The notes below the pieces were generated by a model. That model did no database searches. It had not been told where the DNA came from and saw only the letters and a list, made by a program, of their open reading frames with translations. A stretch of 63,574 nucleotides of DNA, counting the filler, from Folioceros fuciformis (lineage: Eukaryota), in assembly GCA_049999805.1 (NCBI GenBank). It is 4 parts of 3 records of this genome, joined end to end, with 100 filler letters (N's around TTAATTAATTAA, not from the genome) between each part and the next. Parts side by side here need not be neighbours in the genome. Positions count along the whole stretch, not along the records: positions 1 to 26,915 come from JBNGIO010005928.1; positions 27,016 to 41,909 come from JBNGIO010005930.1; 2 more parts are not named here. One strand, written 5' to 3'. Positions 23,901-35,821 of the stretch are shown here, in pieces (within the stretch, counting starts at the first letter, position 1; every line of letters begins with the position of its first letter). The translations under genes and the position numbers were made by a program.

Positions 23901-25028
23901 GATCATAGACAGGGTTGCACTAGCAAATACCCAAATGCTGAAGCCAACTGTGGATATCCCTGAGGCCATTTGTCTGCTGAGAAACATTCATAGAGCCAGC
24001 CTGGAAACACATCCAAACAAACATGCTAGTCAGAAAGAGTTACAGAAGAAGACACAGAGAGTAGTCCAACGAGATTAAGCCGAACAGTGAAAGGGATCTT
24101 GCACGAAGTTTCAAAGTGGAAAACCTAAAAGGATCCCAGAAGTTTACAAGCAGCGCACCAATCGCCTTGCTTGCTTCACATATTCGCTTGCCGTCGGCCG
24201 CTGTTCCTCCTCCACCTCCACGTGAATCGATCCCCGTGAGGACAACCGTCTGGCTTTCGGAGGCGGGGGCAAGGGACTGTAAGTCTGTTCGTAATCCTCA
24301 GTGGCCAGCTCGTGCAACATACTGAGCCTCAACCCAAGCCTGTTTGTAGAATCCTTGAGCTTGTCCATATACAGGTCAAGAGCCAGCTTGTTTCGCTTCG
24401 TCGGATCATCCATCTTCTGCCTTTCCAGGTCAAGACTGGACACCGTGTCATAGAGCAGCTCGTCGTCACTCTCCACAAACGTGGTGTCGATAGGTATGTC
24501 ACTAGTATCACAAGCTTCATCCTTGTAGACTCCCTTACGCGGGGTCTTGCCCAGCCTGGGACTCCGGAAGCTGTTTTCTCCCACGCTCCCCCGTCGATCT
24601 GACATGTGACCAGACAGTCCCAAGGACATCCTCCTCGGAATGTGAGCGAGCGAGCCAACTCTGGGCCTAGGGCTTCGCCCCAAGCTAGGCCGTCTCCCAC
24701 GATACTCATTGGAATCTGGCTCGTCTCCATTGCCATTCAGACTCGCTCTCCTCCGCAAATAATCAGGCACATCAAGCTTGCAGTCCGCATCCCCCTTCTT
24801 CGCTCCTCCACCAGCTTTCCCCTTCCCCTCCCCGCCATACAACGCCACCGGCATGACATTCTTGGGAAGCGAGGACACCTTCCGGTTCGTGTTCACGACT
24901 CCCGTCAGCGAACTCAAGAGCATAGCACCTTGCTCCTTGAGGCTCGGAGGCGGGCCGCTGAACTTGGACCCCTTCCTCTCGCTGTTGTACGGCAGATCCT
25001 GCACATCCAAAACATCCTCCAACTTCAT
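20983..25028 (-). CDS. Large multi-exon uncharacterised protein (Arg/Ser-rich N-terminus, acidic/basic low-complexity middle)
   Basis: Collinear long minus-strand ORFs (24144-25079, 23587-23835, 21736-22764, 20983-21558) with GT-AG-like boundaries and coding-like composition. It spans the N gap 22073-22172. No family recognised; the exon structure is approximate. Confidence 0.55.
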
Positions 25029-26915
25029 CACACAAATCTCAACAACCTCACCTGCCCCGGCCATCCACTCCACAACCACTCCTCACGCCTCCATCATCAA
25101 AACTCAGCAACCTCCAATCTTTCCTCCTCCAACCTGTCCTCACCTCATTCCGCACGCCGAAGAAGGCCTCCACAGCCTTCGCTTCCGGCGGCATCTCGCA
25201 AAATCCGCAACACTCGCACACTCTCACTCGCACACTCTCACTCACTCACTCACTCGCATGCGTTGGCAAGTACGATCTTCACCTCGGCGAGCGGACGTTA
25301 CACATCCTTCCCTCGCCTCTCCCACGCCCGCGCCATGGCCTCGGCGATGACGGACCAGCCACCGCGCTTGCACGCTCGGTCGGAGATCGTGGGGAATGCG
25401 GCGGCTGACCCGACATTGCGAAACGGGCCAAACCGAGTGCAGACGGGAGGAAGTCATAAATAGGCAGACGGGACCGTCGGCCCCGCTCCAGTGGCTCCAC
25501 ACAACCGACGCTAGGGACGGACGTGAGCCGCGATTGGATTCGATCCATTCGTGACCCCTTCCCTTCCGTCGCCCGTCCTTCACGTCCCCGCCCCCCCCTG
25601 AACGGTCCAGGAGTCGGACCACGTGGTGCTTGCGGAAGTAAAATGTACATGCAAGTTTGGACGAAGGCCACGTCCCCACTTTTGCGTGGCCTGTCCCCAT
25701 TACCCCGCACTCCCCTGCAGACATCACATACATAAAGCTCCTGCGTCCTGCTCCTGTACCTGACCGGCTTCGTGTATGTCCGAGATTGTGCCACCAGGAT
25801 GTCTGGTGATGAGAGAACCATCCGTCAGGCTCAGCAAACGGGACATACATGAACGGAACGGGCCTCGTGTTGACCCGCCGTTCCTGCACCTCGGACAACG
25901 ACACACCCAAGTCTGGAGCATCCCATTACCATTCTGCACCATCTTCATCCATCCGGACAGCACATACATTACATGCAAACATCAGAAGCCATTCGTTACG
26001 GATCCGGGCAGTAAATGTCGGCGTCGGTCCCGGTCACCGTTAGATTTAAGATTCCAACATCCCAGGAGCAGTTACTGATGCAACTCGCGTCGCGCGCCGG
26101 GGGCGTGGCGTTTCGCCGACCCCGACCGCCTCGTAACCGGCCCCGCAGCCTTACACGGCGTCTACCCGGCCCCCCACCAGCGGGTTGGGGTGTCACGCGG
26201 CCGTGAAGTCGTGGCCGGGGTTCGAACCCCGGTAATCTCAACGGACGCCTGGGAAAGTAAAAGTAGTAGGCCAGGCCTGGAACGAAAGGAAGGGATTGAA
26301 TAAGATCTCATCTCATGTCATTCATTTGGTTGCTTTTCCCTTGGCTAAGCGCTCTGTTTCCTTGTCACAAGTACACACGTACCTGGATGGGCGTTGAAAC
26401 TCATTGTTTAACAACAATAGTCTGACAACGGGTCTACAAAGATTGGTGAAGAGAAGGATGAGAAAAAGGCTATTGATCATGCAGTCTGAAGGCCACCAAG
26501 TTTGAGAAGAAGAGACAAACTAAGTACTACTACTACATGAGCTGCCTGCCTGGTCCTAATCCAAGTCCTGGCCCTGGTCCTAGTCCTAATTCTGATCCTG
26601 ATCCTCATTCCTTCCCCTCCGCATCCCCACAACCATAATGCGGGTGGAATTTCTTTCTTCCCAACTGTTCTCTTTCGTTGTATGTATGTTTGTGTTTTTT
26701 GAGTTTATCTTGTGTGAAAGGGGTCATAATTTATGCTTGTTGTTGTGATTCATTTGAAGCTTGGGTTCATGGCGCATGTCTCGCCTTCTGAATGCGACGT
26801 AGGGGCCAGTCCAAGCTCTGCTAGGCAGCGAAGAACTACAGCGAGGGCCGGTGACGACAAGCGATCCGGAAGCCACCAAGTGGTTTGGAAACGGGGTAAG
26901 GGAGGAGATAAAAGA

Positions 26916-27015
26916 NNNNNNNNNNNNNNNNNNNNNNNNNNNNNNNNNNNNNNNNNNNNTTAATTAATTAANNNNNNNNNNNNNNNNNNNNNNNNNNNNN
27001 NNNNNNNNNNNNNNN
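26916..27015. other. Artificial scaffold linker N44-TTAATTAATTAA-N44
   Basis: Exact 100-bp spacer with a six-frame-stop 12-mer; identical copies at 41910 and 61548. Confidence 0.95.
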
Positions 27016-29461
27016 TGTTACTTCCATGATGGTTAGTGTGCACTGCCTTGCAAGGATTGGTGCAGAATGCTGAGATTGTTTTTTCGTCCGTTCACCATCC
27101 CGTTCACTGTAGCAGCTGAGTTCACCCTTGCATTGCAGGACGGCGAGGGCGTCACAAACATACAGGCATCTGCATATTCAACTATGGTGAATACGAAGTG
27201 CTTCGCTACCTCTTATCAAACTTGAAGTGGTTAGTGGATTTAGTCCGCCTCAATGATCTCTAGTGTGACTGATCTTTCTGAATGCTGTGTTTGAATTTGC
27301 TCTCTCAGGCAGTTCGCATCTAGAGCAAGGTAGCTTGGAAGTCACACGTTTCTCTCTCATGGCAGGTGGGTGGAAGACTATCAAATAGATGGTTTCCACT
27401 TCCATTCGCTGCAGTCCATGTTTTACACCCACAATGGATTTGCAGAGTTCACAAATGGCTTGAATGAGTAAGGCTGCGGTCATTCAGGAAATTGCTCGCA
27501 GGAGCTCCATTTTGGTCGAATTACATAGACTGCTTCCTCGCTCTTTCTCACATTTCTCTGGTTGTGCAGCTACTGCAATCAATACGTGGACAGAGATGCC
27601 TTGCTGTATGTGATTCTGGCTAATGAGATGCTGCACAAGCTCAACTCGAACATCGTCACAATTGCAGGGGATGTATGCACAATCCTGCCTCTCTTCTCTT
27701 AATTCACAAATTTTGGATTGCTTGTGTGCACAGCATCAGCACTCTTGACTGAGTCGATTGCTACTTCCCACAGGCCTCACAGTATCCAGGATTGAGTGAA
27801 CCCATCAGTAAAGGCGGGTTGGGCTTTGACTACTTTGCCAGCGTCTCACCCTCTAAGATGTGGTTGAAAATGTTCCAGACAGTGAATGGAGTATGAGTCA
27901 GGTGAGATTTGAGAGTCCTGTACTGGAATTCTTCGTGAGTGTGGTTCGCGTTTTGTGAACTAACGAACGGCATGTGGTACGGCGATTTCAGATTGTAGAG
28001 ACTTTAATCGATTCCCAGTCCGGAGGCAGAGCTCTTGTGTATGCAGAAAATCATGCCCAGGTAATTTTGCCGACTTAACATCGGAAGATCAGATCGCAAC
28101 TGATTTGTTCCTGGCTTTGGAACTCATTTTTGGCGTTGCTGGCCCCGGTTTGAAGTCATTATCTGAGAAGAGACCCATAGCTGAAGCGCTTCTCAATCCA
28201 GTAACAACAACCTTTGACAGGTCTCTATCGGAAGAGAGAGGAGTGGCGCTGCATAAGGTTGCGAGTCTGTCAGCTGACGTCACTGATTCTATCATTAGCT
28301 GCCGCGATTTATCTCCTGGATTGGCCAATGAGCTGAGCAATGGTATGATCTGAAATTCCGTTTGCAGATGATCAAGTTGATAACGTTTAGCCTTGGTGGA
28401 CCTGCATACTTGAACTTCACCGGGAATGAATTTGGACATCCCGAGGTACGATCTCTTCAAAGCTCAATGCCACAGCCAAAAGGCTGCAGTATTTCTATCC
28501 CTTGACAGATGTGCTGACTTTTGTTTCAGTGGGTCGACTTTCCAAGGTTAAAGAATGAGTTTTCATATCAGCACGCCCGAAGACGGTGGGATCTCTTACT
28601 GGATAGCGGTTCCTTTCATGCCCAGCTTGCGAAATTTGACCAGGTAGGCCTTGTCGAACCAGTCAAGGCTTGGAAAAGTTTTACAAAGGGAGAAGTGCTT
28701 CATGTTGCGTGTACATGAATAACCGGATTTGTTTGAACTGTGACCTCAACGTGAGCAGGCCCTCATGGGAGCAGATGAAAAGGAGAGCATACTCGTTGAC
28801 AAACCACCTAGTTTTTACGTCCTGGATGATCCCACGCAGGTGATGTCTGTGTTTTTTGCTTTCTCCGTTAAAACGAAGTCACACCTAGTATGTCACAAAC
28901 AAAAAATGAAGGGATGACTGTAGGTGATCATATTTCCACGAGGGCAATTGCTCTTTGTCTTCAACTTCCATCCAAGCCCTTCCTACAACAAGCTCACGAT
29001 TGGGGTGCAAGAAACCGGCGAGTACGAGGTAGGTGGAAATCGGCGGCTGTTGTCACAAAGTACTCGCAAGCACATGAACCTCGCTGTCTAAAGAGTGGGT
29101 GGTGCAGAGGGTGCTTGACACCGATATCCTGGAGTTCGGGGGTCGGGGACGTCTGAAAGGAGAGAGCCTGAGAAGCACTTCAAATAGGTGAGCAGCATTT
29201 TTTGTTTTTTTTTCCTCTTTTGTCACGACTTTCCTTGTCCCATAGTACTACTAGAGTGATGTGGACAACCGTGGGTGTGTGAACGCAGGGTGGCGGACGG
29301 TGGTGCCTCCCTCAGACTCTTCCTCCCTGCTAGGAGCGCCGCGCCCAGGCACTGTCTTGATGTTTTGTCGTGGTTGGCAGCAAGTGGGCGGGATGGTGAT
29401 GGTGCGCATAATGGTGGGTGTGTGGCAGGTCTACAAGCTGGCTCGAATTTGGGAGTCATGA
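27016..29461 (+). pseudogene. SBE3: Starch branching enzyme class III (BE1/SBE3-like, GH13), 3' part, disrupted
   Basis: Exons read [72 protein letters not shown] and VYKLARIWES*. There is a frameshift at ~27864 (MW then out-of-frame ENVPDSEWSMSQ), a 5-bp duplication gcgcc at 29336-29345, and TIAED changed to TIAGD. The 5' end is lost at the linker. Confidence 0.82.
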
Positions 29462-29746
29462 ACAGTGCTGGTTCTTGAAATACAATAGTTTCTTCCTGAA
29501 AACACCGGAACTAGAAAGACAGAAGCAGATAAAATGTGTTCGATTGAATTGGTGTCTTTCTCTCACTCCTCCATGTACCCAATTGTACACCTGATAGCCT
29601 TTCTGGTTGTGCGTTCGTCGCATAAGACCTGTTTTCGGCAGTTGAGCTGTCCGTTACCGTTCGATCAATCATCAAGCATAACCGGAAGTTACGTAGTGTA
29701 TGGGTTCCCACAAGTTCTAAGTGCAGGCTGGCCCCCTTTGTTGGAC

Positions 29747-30552
29747 GTATTTTGCATATGCATCATGGTGCTTAACAAGTTCACCCGTATTTTGCATATG
29801 CATCATGGTGCTTAACAAGTTCACCATGTAAGTAGCATTGAAGACAACCCAGCCCTGAGGTTCATATGGGTAGCATTGAAGAAGACAACACAAGTTCTTG
29901 AAGCAATGAAGACAATTGGCGGAGAGAGGTGGTGTTAGCAACTCCAATGCTAAGATTGGTCAGCTAGTGCTAGGACTCTAGCTAAGATTGGTCAGCTAGT
30001 GCTAGGACTCTAGTGGTAGTTAAGACCCTTGCTCGGTGCCAGGACCTAGGACTCGAGTGGTAGTGAAGATTCTAGGACTCAAGTGATATTTTAGCTACTA
30101 CTGGTAGCCAAACATAAGCGAAATCTCATCGTGGTGACAAAAGTTGCTGGTGCAATTTGAAACGCCTAGATGCAAGGTCGAGCCAAGTTCTTCTCGTGGA
30201 AGTATGAGAGTAGATATATGAGATATTATGATTTTACGTCTTGTAGAGCATTGCCTGCAACATAACTTGCTGATTTATTTATTTGAGAGAATAAGATGGG
30301 AAAACAATCTACCCCTACAAAGGAGATAAACCATAATAGGAACACTAGGGGTTAAGCCCCCGAAGCCTAATGACTACCAATAGCATCTAAAATAAAACAT
30401 GACTACTAATAGCACCTAAAGCATCATGGTATGGGAGGAGAAAGGGTCTAAGCACCTNNNNNNNNNNAGCACCTAAAGCATCATGGTATGGGAGGAGAAA
30501 GGGTCTAAGCACCTAAAGCATCATGGTATGGGAGGAGAAAGGGTCTAAGCAT
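29747..30552. repeat. Cluster of short tandem duplications (~40-bp x2, 32-bp x2, ~40-bp x3)
   Basis: gtattttgcatatgcatcatggtgcttaacaagttcacc x2; gctaagattggtcagctagtgctaggactcta x2; agcacctaaagcatcatggtatgggaggagaaagggtcta x3 around a 10-N gap. Confidence 0.85.
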
Positions 30553-31216
30553 AACCAAAAGGTAATATACATTTATATATATTAGTTAAATGATGAATAG
30601 GTGATTTATTATTTAAATTTTGGATTTAGTAGGTCCAGTGTTCATTCACATCTCTACCTCTACATAGGTGCTCTATTCTACCTCCACATTGTATCTTGTA
30701 TTGTATAGAATTCGGCCTCCTTCACTTGCACCATTTTCCTCTTTTAAAGTTGTTGAAGGTGTGTCAACTTGACATCCAATTCTAGTAGAACACAATCCCC
30801 ATCAGCATAGCCTTAGGTATAGGTGAGATGCTCTCCTTCGGAACACAATTGATTGCTTGAACCATACTAGCAGGATACACAACCTTAATGCCAAGCTTCT
30901 CATCTTCTTCCACATGTGCTACTCAAAGCACTAGATGTTCGGGCTAGGCTAATGCTAAATTTGTGTTGCTCCAAGCACTAAACATTCTATCTAAACCAAC
31001 GCTAAATCTATGTTGCTTCACGCACTAAACATTTGAGTCAGGGTATTACTAAATCTGTGTTGCTCTAACCATTAGACATCCAAGCTAGGTGAGTACTAAA
31101 TACATGTGGCTCCAGACATTGGACATTCGAATTAGTCTAGTGCCAAATATATACCCTCCTTCACATCACAATTTTTGCCAGCTGCGTTGTTAGACACTTC
31201 TAGGCACAGGGGTGAT

Positions 31217-31384
31217 AATTCAAATGGAAGTTAAGTTTTCACACAAGTAGGAGAGGAGGTAGACCATGAGTGAAATTGTGTGGTAGGAAGCAACATTGGT
31301 TGGAATTCAAATGGAAGTTAAGTTTTCACACGAGTAGGAGAGGAGGTAGACCATGAGTGAAATTGTGTGGTAGGAAGCAACATT
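31217..31384. repeat. ~87-bp tandem duplication
   Basis: aattcaaatggaagttaagttttcacacRagtaggagaggaggtagaccatgagtgaaattgtgtggtaggaagcaacatt occurs twice. Confidence 0.85.
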
Positions 31385-33820
31385 TATCGCATACCATCAA
31401 AAGAGTGGTAGACTTGAAATGCCTTAACCATTGGCTAAGGAGCCCGCCAAGTGTGTGTGAGCTACCCTCGAGGAAAGGAAGGCTGCTTGGACCAAGAGGC
31501 CTGCAAAAAATATGTGGTTCCATAGGGGGCACCTAACAAACCGTGATAGGTATTAAAGGAATTGGACAAAGTGTACAACACTAACAAAGATCTTAGGTTT
31601 TGAAGGGTCTAAATTTCAAGATGCTCAGAAGCTTTAGGGTCTAAATTTTTATCTTTCCAAGTGTTGCTCAAAAACCTTGTAGCTCCAACCATTTGCAAAG
31701 TTGAAGTCCTAGGAGAAGAGGCTTATGAATAGCAATGTAAAGCAAAAACGAAAATCACAAGTTAACCTAAATAGATACTCTATCTCATGTTTTAGCATGG
31801 ATTTTTCAAGGTTTATCGAGGAGTGTTGTTTCGAAAGCATACCATAAGCATAAGAAAGGGGTTCTCTCTCTTCGCTTTGTAGCCTTTTTTGGAGAATGTG
31901 TAGCCACTAATATGCAAAGGTGTTGTTGGCCAATGAAAAAGCAAGGACAAATGTAGGTATGATAAATGCAGTTTTATAAAACAAGGACAAGTGCGCCACT
32001 ATTCTACAAAGGTGTTGGCCGATGTAGTCTTTTTCAACAAGGACAAGTGTAAGTGTGGTGAATGCTGTTTTTCAAAAAAAGGGACTAGTGCAAGTGCAGG
32101 CGTCACAAATGCAGTTTTATAATTTCAAACAGGGACAAGTGTAGGCCCGGCGAATGCAGTTTTTCAAAACAAATGCAAGTATATATAGGCCCACGGACTT
32201 CAGCAATGGGGTGGTAGGTAGGTAGTTACCAAAAATAATATTTGACGAAGCTAGTCCGTTTTGGCCTCGTCTCTCCTCGTGGCTGTTCCTCCTTTTGGTG
32301 GATGGAATCCCCAACTCCTCTTTAAAATATGGATATAACTTAATCCTTGAGGCCTAGACCTGTCCTCGATTGTTGGACAGGCCAGGCTGCATATCCACAA
32401 CGTGTAGTTTCCGCCGAATGCGGAAAGCAAGTTGGCCGAGACGAGGTCCATTGGACTTGACATAAATTTGTGTGCGTTTATCGTGTTGATTGTACGTGTG
32501 TAGCTGAAGCTATTGGCCGACCGGTTGATCCTCCGGAGGCCTCGCCCACGGCGTCGGGGTAGGAAAACCGCCACGGTTTTAATGGAGGTGGTTGCTAGTG
32601 TGGCCAGCAAGGCGGTCCCAAGGATGGGCATGGCAGGGCATGGCATGGAGTGGAGGGAGGCGGTGTACGGTATCCGGGTAGATGCCATTGGACTGGCCGG
32701 GACGAGGAAAGAGCGTGCCAAGTATCGCCACCCACGCATCCATCCTGCGTGGCACCTGTCTACCGGTGGGATGCTGTCGGGCGAAACCCCCAGGTCCGTC
32801 GCAGCATGGTCGCGGCGTCTTTCAGTCGTCGTCGTGTCAGAAGCCGAGAGGGAAGGAAGCAAGGCGAGGAAGGAAAGGGAAGGGAAGGCAAGGGCTAGAC
32901 AGCGAGCGGCTCGCCTCAGTACATCGACCGCGGAAGGGAAACATCCAAGGAAGGTCAGTAGCAAGTCTAATCAGAGCGAGTATGATGGTGACCCTAATCA
33001 ATTGATCTGGCCCGGCCTCGTCCGGTCCGGGCCGGTCCGGTCTGGCATACCTCATCCATCCATATCGCGTCCCCGATCGCCTTACACGCAGGCAAGCAGT
33101 CAGTCAGGCACCTGCCTGCCTGGCTGGCCTCAGACTGGAAAGAGCGTGAACGTTTGAGACGGTATAAAACATCAGCATTCCACACACTCAGTGAATGATT
33201 CGTTTGGTTCTCCGTCCACATTGCAACCTCATCGCCTCCCCGTTACGTAGCCACAATTCTCTCTTTGTTTGCATGCTTTCTCGGTATCGAGCGATGGTTC
33301 TTTCTTTGCTTGCACGACTTCTTGGTCGGAGTTGTCGTGATTTTGATTCAGTCGACTTGTTTCGATTCATGAGGTGTTGTTTGAAGTCTTTCTTTATGGC
33401 TTGTGGTTTGCATCCTGCTTTCTTGATTTGGTGAGTTCTTGTTCGCATCGAGCACAGTTTGTGTCGGTAGCCGTTGTGGTGTGCGTTCAGACTTCTTGCT
33501 TCCGACGAGAAGGGTTGTTTCCCGGACTCTCTGCTGAGTTCCTATCCTACCCATTCCCATATCTTGTGAAGTTGCAGATTGCTTCTCCCGATTCATACAT
33601 GTCGTTTGGTTGAGGCCTGACATGAATTTTGATGAGCTCTGTTTCCTGGAAAGCGCTTGCTTCGCCTCTCCTCCCGGCATAAGCGACAGCACAGCCTGTC
33701 ACCATTGTTTGAACGCTCTCAGCTGCTTGTCGCGAAGCTTTTGCTTGCTGTGCATAGATCAGATTTTGCACGTCCCACCTGACAAGTGTTTGCAATCGGT
33801 TGTGCAGGCTGTGAGAAGCT

Positions 33821-35319
33821 ATGCTTGTGACGCAGCCCCTGGGGCGCATGAACTCGGCGACTTCGCTGCCGGACTTGAGATCATGCTCGGTGGACGTCTG
33901 GACCACGGGCGATCAGCAACAACCGTCGGAGGCAAGCACGGATCCTACCCAGGAGCTGCTGGAGGCGTGCAAATCCGTCCTGCTGGAGAACGACAAAGGG
34001 GGCTACACTATCCCGGCCAAGGGGCTGTATCCGTATCAATGGAACTGGGACTCGGCCCTGGTGGCCCTGGGCTGGACCTCCATTGACGAGACCCGGGCGT
34101 GGGAGGAGATGGAGAAGCTGCTCTCGGCGCAGTGGGAGGACGGCATGGTGCCGCACATTGTGTTTCACCGTCCCAGCCCGACCTACTTCCCGGGGCCCGA
34201 TATCTGGGGGACCGTGGAACATCCGCGGGCCAGCACTGGGATCACGCAACCTCCCGTTGCCGCCATCTCAGTCCGGAAGCTGGCGGAGACCGCGGTGGAC
34301 ACGGATCAGGCTCTGCGCAGGCTGAGGGTCATCTTCCCCAAGCTGCTCGCCTGGCACAGATGGTTCTACCGTGCGCGGGACCCCGAAGGCACGGGACTGG
34401 TGGCCACGCTCCACCCGTGGGAGAGCGGGATGGACAATAGTCCCGCATGGGACCAGGCTCTGGCGCGGGTTCCCGTGGACTCCATTCCCCCCTACGTCCG
34501 GCAGGACCTGGGCCACGTCGACTCCGCCATGCGGCCTAACAAGGAGGACTACGACCGCTACCTCACGCTCCTGTACAGATTCCGGGATGCAAACTATGAC
34601 TTCACTAGGCTCTACTCCATCTCTCCCTTTCGTGTCACGGATCTCTGCACCAATTGCATCCTGCACCGGGCCAACGCGGATCTGTTGTGGATGGCGAAGC
34701 AGCTAGAGGAGCAGGAGGCGGTGCGGGAAATTGAAACATGGCGTGACAGCACTGCTCGGGCATTCGACTCTCTCTACAACGAAAAGGCGGCCTTCTACTT
34801 CTGCAGGGACCAGCTCACGGGGAGTCTTGTTCCCGCCAGGACGTCGGCTGGTTTCCTCCCGCTCTTCGCCGGCATCGCGTCCCAGGCGCAGGCGGCCGCG
34901 CTAGTGCAGACTTTGCGTGAGTGGCTGGACGCTGTCCAATACGGCGTGCCCAGCCTGGACCCCTTTGACCCCAGCTTCGAGCCGCTCAGATACTGGCGGG
35001 GTCCNNNNNNNNNNNNNNNNNNNNNNNNNNNNNNNNNNNNNNNNNNNNNNNNNNNNNNNNNNNNNNNNNNNNNNNNNNNNNNNNNNNNNNNNNNNNNNNN
35101 NNNNGTCCGGTGTGGGCCATCGTGAACTGGATGATAGCAGATGGTTTGCTCCAATACGGCTACCTGCAGCTCGCACAGCGCATCAAGGATGACACTTACC
35201 GCCTCCTCAGCCAGCACGGCTTGTATGAATACTACAACCCAACCACGGGAGCTGGAGCTGGTGGGAATTACTTCTCGTGGACGGCAGCTATGTGCCTGGC
35301 TTGGCTGGCCAAGCCCTGA
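33821..35319 (+). CDS. GH63 glycoside hydrolase, mannosyl/glucosylglycerate-hydrolase-like
   Basis: Intronless core: YTIPAKGLYPYQWNWDSA, QWEDGMVPHIVFH, STGITQPP, HPWESGMDNSPAWD, YWRGPVW, LYEYYNPTTG, FSWTAA. The flanks of the gap at 35005-35104 overlap (gtcc) and join in frame. The true start is uncertain. Confidence 0.85.
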
Positions 35320-35821
35320 TCATCATCAGCAAGTCCAACCGAAAGGACGTGCGTGCGCAACAAATTCTGTCTGTCTGTCCCATGCCAACCCTCAAATAAG
35401 ACCTTTTGCCTGCGTTGAAGTCGGTCTGACAGCATTCCTTGCCACATCTCTTGTGAATCTCCTCGCTTGTTTCTTCCAAGGCATATGTACATATGTACGT
35501 ATCCTGGTTATCTACCAGGAGGGAGGAGGAGTCATCTGTGTGCTGTACATACGCTATTCATCCGAGAAGTTAGCAACCATTGTACTCAGACATGTACAGT
35601 ATACAACTGGAAAGATGCTGTGAGAGTGGAGAAAAGCCACAGGAACGTGCGTTGGATCGGCTGCTGCGCCGCTCACTATTTGTCACTTCTTTTTGTCAGA
35701 CTTTGCTTTCGTTGTTTTGACAATCATGCACCATTGAGAGATCGTCGGAGAGGAGGAAGAATGTCCCGACCATTTTATGCTGGTGACCTTCGAAGTTGTG
35801 CTGTGTTATACGTGTTTGTTG

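Noticed and set aside
24606-25463. 285-aa plus-strand ORF and similar long antisense ORFs over PTB, GH63 and the LecRK
   Set aside because: These are shadow ORFs on the opposite strand of GC-rich coding exons.
26215-26232. Palindrome ccggggttcgaaccccgg resembling a tRNA T-arm/B-box
   Set aside because: No matching acceptor stem, D-arm or anticodon arm on either strand; not callable as a tRNA or SINE.
26960-26971. TTAATTAATTAA motif recurring three times
   Set aside because: It is centred in identical 100-bp N spacers; an assembly linker, not biology.
32251-33157. 237-aa and 214-aa overlapping ORFs
   Set aside because: GC-rich low-complexity sequence upstream of a TATA-like site (~33163) for the GH63 gene; no recognisable protein features.
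35005-35104. Apparent insertion or frameshift in the GH63 gene (and likewise in SEC61B at 52553-52652)
   Set aside because: The gap flanks overlap by 4-6 bp and join in frame (YWRGPVW; PPSGAAV); these are scaffolding artefacts.
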